A stretch of 64,000 nucleotides of DNA from Fidelibacterota bacterium (GTDB lineage Bacteria; Fidelibacterota; Marinisomatia; SCGC-AAA003-L08; D37C17). The position numbers and the translations under genes were made by a program. A model generated the notes under the pieces. The model searched no databases. It saw only the letters and a program-made list of their open reading frames with translations, and was not told the origin of the DNA. Below are positions 60,057 to 64,000 of the stretch, in pieces. The stretch lies in contig JASMKZ010000002.1 in NCBI GenBank assembly GCA_030748955.1, positions 10,953 through 74,952 on the forward strand. Reading direction: 5' to 3'. Position 1 is the stretch's first letter; each line of letters begins with the position of its first letter.

Positions 60057-62099
60057 ATGTATAAACTGTGGACTATAATTCTGATGCTAGGAATGTCATT
60101 TTCTGCGGTTACTGTGGAAACAAGGGCTGGCAGAGACCTGGCTTATTTTGCAAGTGGAGAATTGCATCATATTGTGGGAGAGCTTGAATCAAGCGTTCGT
60201 GATTATCTGAAAAGCATCCGCCATAAGCTTGGCCATGAAAATGCCAATGGATTCCCTCTTTATTATCACAAACATGGGAAGTATGGTACTGAGCATTTTT
60301 CCTTTCAGCAGACATATAATGGTATTCCTGTGTTTGGGCGGTATATCCGTGTGCATATACGGGGTAGTATAATAACCAGCATCTCTTCCAATATAGATGA
60401 TATTGATATTTCTGTGATCCCTGTAATAACTGAATCTGGAGCTATGGATATTATTCGCCCAAACTATATTTCTACCTCTACTTATCTAAAGTACCAAAGT
60501 CTGCAAATTTATATTTATAACAGTATTCCACATCTTATTCACAGTATTGATGCTGTGAGTTTTGAAGATCCCTGGCGCTATATGGTAGATGCCCATACTG
60601 GAGATGTTGTTGACAAGTTTCCCCTAATCTATGAAGAGGGACCTGCTATTGGCAGTGGTATCAACCTTCTCAATGAAACTGTGGATACACTCTATGTCTA
60701 TGAGGGTAGTGGATTTACTGCTATTGGGCAGGATATTGTAACTCCCTATCTTCTGTGCGAAGAATACTGTTTTGATTATGGTGACTGTGGCGGAGATAAT
60801 TATTCTGACTGTGTGGTTTCCCCTCAGCAGGGTGATTGTGAAGATGGCTATATTTTAGACTGTAATGGAGAATGTTTTAATGACTGGTATATGCAATTTC
60901 CTGGAGTGGGAAATGGCTTCTGTAATGACCCCTGGCTAGATTATTTTGAAGAGGATATTGCCACTGGCCCATACAATATGATAGATGAGAGCAACCCTGC
61001 ACTAGGCAATATTTACACCATAAACAGTTATGGGGGGTTTTATACTGATCTTTCTTATGTAAACAGTGAAACTACTGAGTTTACAGAGACCCATACACCG
61101 CTTTCTCATAAGTCTGGTGTCAGCGCTCATGATTATCAGCGAAAAACTCTAGATTATTTCTGGAATCATCACGGATATGCCGGTATTGACGGCTATGGAA
61201 AGCGGACCATTTCTGTAGTAAATTATACCAATGTAGCAGGGGGGCTAGATCAGCGCAATGCCTTTTATAATGCCGCCCTTGATGCTCTTACCTACGGCCT
61301 TGGTGGAAACGGCTATCGCCCTTTCTGTGCTGCCCAAGATATTGTCACCCATGAGTTTGCCCATGGATTTACTGCCCATACTTCAGGACTTATTTATCGT
61401 AACCAAGCAGGCGCTATTAATGAGTCTATGTCTGATGTATTTGGTTATTTGGTTGAAGCAGAATATCAGGACGGCGGTGACTGGTCTCAAGGCGAAGATG
61501 TTCATTACAGTGGCGCTTCGCGGAGTTTTATAAATCCTCCTGATTATAATCAGCCAGACCATGTTGACCACCCTTATTTTGTGGAGTATAATCCTAATCC
61601 GCAGTGGAGTAACGACTTTGGCGGCGTCCATTATAACAGCGGCATTACCAATAAAATTATGTATCTGGTAATTGCAGGAGATACTCATTATGACATAGAT
61701 GTTTCCCCTTTTGAGGAAGATTTAAATACATCCCGTGAGGTGGCAGCTAATATATGGTTTGCCTGGAGCAGTTATTACTTAGATCCTGAAGATGATTTTG
61801 AGATCGGCAGGGAGAAAATGCTTCAAGCCTGCAATGATCTATACTCAGATAATTTTAACTATTATCAGACTATTGCCAGCGCCTGGGCTTCAACGGGCTT
61901 TGGCAGTGAAGTTGTATCTATTCCCGGTGATGTAAATCAAGATCAGTCTATAAACATCCTGGATATTGTGGCCCTTGCCAATATTATCCTAAATGGAAAC
62001 CCTGATGAAACACAGCTTTATCTGGGAGATCTAAATTCTGACGGCAGTATTAATATTTTAGATATTATAGAACTGGTGAATCTTATTTTAGGATCATAG
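60057..62099 (+). CDS. Secreted M4 (thermolysin-like) metallopeptidase with Cys-rich insert and C-terminal dockerin-like domain
   Basis: FTP/PepSY-like propeptide, NAFY, HEFAH, GAINESMSD, GGVHYNSG; GDVNQDQSINILD...GDLNSDGSINILD. Confidence 0.92.
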   Translation: MYKLWTIILMLGMSFSAVTVETRAGRDLAYFASGELHHIVGELESSVRDYLKSIRHKLGHENANGFPLYYHKHGKYGTEHFSFQQTYNGIPVFGRYIRVHIRGSIITSISSNIDDIDISVIPVITESGAMDIIRPNYISTSTYLKYQSLQIYIYNSIPHLIHSIDAVSFEDPWRYMVDAHTGDVVDKFPLIYEEGPAIGSGINLLNETVDTLYVYEGSGFTAIGQDIVTPYLLCEEYCFDYGDCGGDNYSDCVVSPQQGDCEDGYILDCNGECFNDWYMQFPGVGNGFCNDPWLDYFEEDIATGPYNMIDESNPALGNIYTINSYGGFYTDLSYVNSETTEFTETHTPLSHKSGVSAHDYQRKTLDYFWNHHGYAGIDGYGKRTISVVNYTNVAGGLDQRNAFYNAALDALTYGLGGNGYRPFCAAQDIVTHEFAHGFTAHTSGLIYRNQAGAINESMSDVFGYLVEAEYQDGGDWSQGEDVHYSGASRSFINPPDYNQPDHVDHPYFVEYNPNPQWSNDFGGVHYNSGITNKIMYLVIAGDTHYDIDVSPFEEDLNTSREVAANIWFAWSSYYLDPEDDFEIGREKMLQACNDLYSDNFNYYQTIASAWASTGFGSEVVSIPGDVNQDQSINILDIVALANIILNGNPDETQLYLGDLNSDGSINILDIIELVNLILGS

Positions 62100-62291
62100 C
62101 TTACCAAAAATAAGATAAGATCTGAATTATTATTTGTATGTTACAATAATTTAATGTGTATAATCAACTTTGTCATTCCATTGCTGCTCTCTTCCCTCTT
62201 TTCTGAAGAAAAAATCTATTTGGGGCGACCAGTCTCCATGATGCATATACAAGGTAGTGTTCTGTACAGAGGCTTTTGAGGAGAAAGGTAG

Positions 62292-63281
62292 TTGGCCAAT
62301 ACATCGTATAATTTCGACAGTAATTTCTGCCTGCACCCTGCTTTGGATGATGATTATGAAGCATTGGCAGTATTAAGAAGCCTGCTTTATCCTCAGCATC
62401 CATTGTCTGTAAGGTCTATGCAGCATGGAGATAAAACCCGGGATAAAAAAATTCTCCATCAACAATGGGTCTGGAAAAAGGATTCATCTATTCTGTGTTC
62501 TGCCTTATATACTCAGTGGGAGGAAATCTATCATCCACAAAAATTTGTTGTTAAAATTTATGTTCACCCTGAACGGCAGGGGAAAGGGTTTGGTACAATA
62601 TGCTACGATTTTTTAATAGATAAGCTCAAACCATTCGACCCATTAAAAATCACAACACAAATTTATGAGCCTCATCAACAATCTATTCGCTTCTTTGAAA
62701 AGAGAGGCTTCAAACACACTGCAACAGAAAAAGAGTCCAGCCTAGATTTAACTGCCTATAATCCTGCAGAGCATGAAGATGAAATTACCCGAATTAATAA
62801 GCATGGTTTCCGAATAATTACATATTCTGATTTTCGCAAAGAAGATAAAAGCGCCGATTATAAAGTGTGGGAATTCGAGCGGGAAGTGTCTCCTGATATG
62901 CCCTGGCCGGACCCTATAGAGGTTCCGGAGTACGATATTTATTCTACACAGATCCTCCATCATCCGAAGTTTAATTCGGATGCATGGTTTTTGGTGGTGG
63001 ATGGAGGCCGTATTGCAGGTTTAAATAATTTGTGGAAAAGTGAAATTTCAAAGGGCATCAATAATGGCTTAACAGGCGTACGAAGAGAATATCGCCGGAA
63101 AGGAGTTGCCACTGCCTTAAAATATAACAGCCTTACCTGGGCAAAAAATCAAGGGTATGACTGGATCCGCACCGATAATGCCGATACAAATGAAGGTATG
63201 CTCAGTATTAATATTCGTGCCGGGTTCAAATTTATGCCCGCCTGGCTAATATATGAAAAAGTGTTAAAGGAAGAAAAATGA
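62292..63281 (+). CDS. Tandem GNAT acetyltransferase
   Basis: Two acetyl-CoA motifs: VHPERQGKGFG and TGVRREYRRKGVA; N..ML.IN...GF. Confidence 0.9.
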   Translation: MANTSYNFDSNFCLHPALDDDYEALAVLRSLLYPQHPLSVRSMQHGDKTRDKKILHQQWVWKKDSSILCSALYTQWEEIYHPQKFVVKIYVHPERQGKGFGTICYDFLIDKLKPFDPLKITTQIYEPHQQSIRFFEKRGFKHTATEKESSLDLTAYNPAEHEDEITRINKHGFRIITYSDFRKEDKSADYKVWEFEREVSPDMPWPDPIEVPEYDIYSTQILHHPKFNSDAWFLVVDGGRIAGLNNLWKSEISKGINNGLTGVRREYRRKGVATALKYNSLTWAKNQGYDWIRTDNADTNEGMLSINIRAGFKFMPAWLIYEKVLKEEK

Positions 63282-64000
63282 GCCTATCCCACACTACATT
63301 TTCTGGCACCGCCTATGAGCAGGGTTTAGCTCATGGTGAAATGTTGAAAAAATCCATCATAAATAACATAGAAATTTATGTGAATCGTTTTGAAAATGAA
63401 GCTGGTATAGGCAAAAATGAGCTTCTTGAGAATTCTGGTATTTATCTAAATATTCTAAGGGAGCAAAACCCAGAATATGTAAATGGCATGAATGGCATTG
63501 CTGAAAGCTCGGGCTTAGGCCTACTTGAAATTGCCATGCTGAACCTGCGCTATGAACTGCTTTATCATGCCCTCGGCAAAAAACTGCACTCTGATGCAGT
63601 TGATGGTTGTACCTCTTTTGCTGTTCTAAAGGAAGAAGTGGAAAATAATCATCTGCTTATGGGTCAAAATTGGGACTGGATACCAGATGTGGAGTGTATT
63701 CTAACAACCAGCATTGATACTGATGGAATGAAGCGTATGGCTTTTACTGAGGCTGGGATCTTTGGCGGGAAACCCGGAATGAATTCAGAAGGTGTAGGAT
63801 TGACAGTAAATGGAATGTATTCAACTGATGATGACTGGGCGCGCTTTCAAAAACCCTTTCATCTACGCTGTTATGAAGTGCTTCGCTCTACAAATATGGA
63901 GGAAGCATTACATGCCCTGGCGGGAACCCCCCGCTCCTGTACTGCAAATTTCATTATAGGGCATGCACCTTCTCGGGTAGTAGATATTGAATTGGCTCCA
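63278..64000 (+). CDS. C45-family Ntn peptidase (acyl-CoA:6-APA acyltransferase-like), partial
   Basis: Manual translation: MSLSHTTFSGTAYEQGLAHG...LN.RYE...DGCTSF...GQNWDW...EAG...GMNSEG; runs off the window end. Confidence 0.9.
   Translation, partial: MSLSHTTFSGTAYEQGLAHGEMLKKSIINNIEIYVNRFENEAGIGKNELLENSGIYLNILREQNPEYVNGMNGIAESSGLGLLEIAMLNLRYELLYHALGKKLHSDAVDGCTSFAVLKEEVENNHLLMGQNWDWIPDVECILTTSIDTDGMKRMAFTEAGIFGGKPGMNSEGVGLTVNGMYSTDDDWARFQKPFHLRCYEVLRSTNMEEALHALAGTPRSCTANFIIGHAPSRVVDIELAP

Noticed and set aside
62151-62403. Minus-strand 61-aa and 76-aa ORFs between the M4 and GNAT genes
   Set aside because: Overlap the GNAT start, no recognisable motifs, likely spurious

Overview
AT-rich bacterial chromosome segment, probably Marinimicrobia/FCB-group (inferred from gene content and a C-terminal dockerin-like domain; not verified by search). 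It is mostly housekeeping: tgt 3' end, pip, yaaA, GldA/F/G-like ABC operon, pepC, tRNA-Thr(CGT), carAB, rsgA, a lipid A cluster (gnnA-like, lpxB, DUF374, lpxK), a glycosyltransferase/flippase block, eno-ftsB-amidase-murI-folC-rho-aspC-rpmE-prfA-prmC-ubiA-like, and several peptidases. There is no CRISPR array, prophage or IS. The main hidden signal is msrB (19858..20241). The ORF track stops at an in-frame TGA that sits exactly at the catalytic Cys of the RY[C]INS motif. The conserved C-terminus continues after it, and a hairpin matching the bacterial SECIS pattern follows immediately. This points to a bacterial selenocysteine MsrB with a Cys-type active site and no canonical resolving Cys. Secondary leads: a class IV aminotransferase with a displaced catalytic Lys paired with a sulfotransferase-like protein, a small Cys/Trp-rich secreted peptide, a thermolysin with a Cys-rich insert and dockerin, recent intragenic duplications in a large Ig-repeat protein, a DGGGPS-like prenyltransferase, and several structured intergenic elements.
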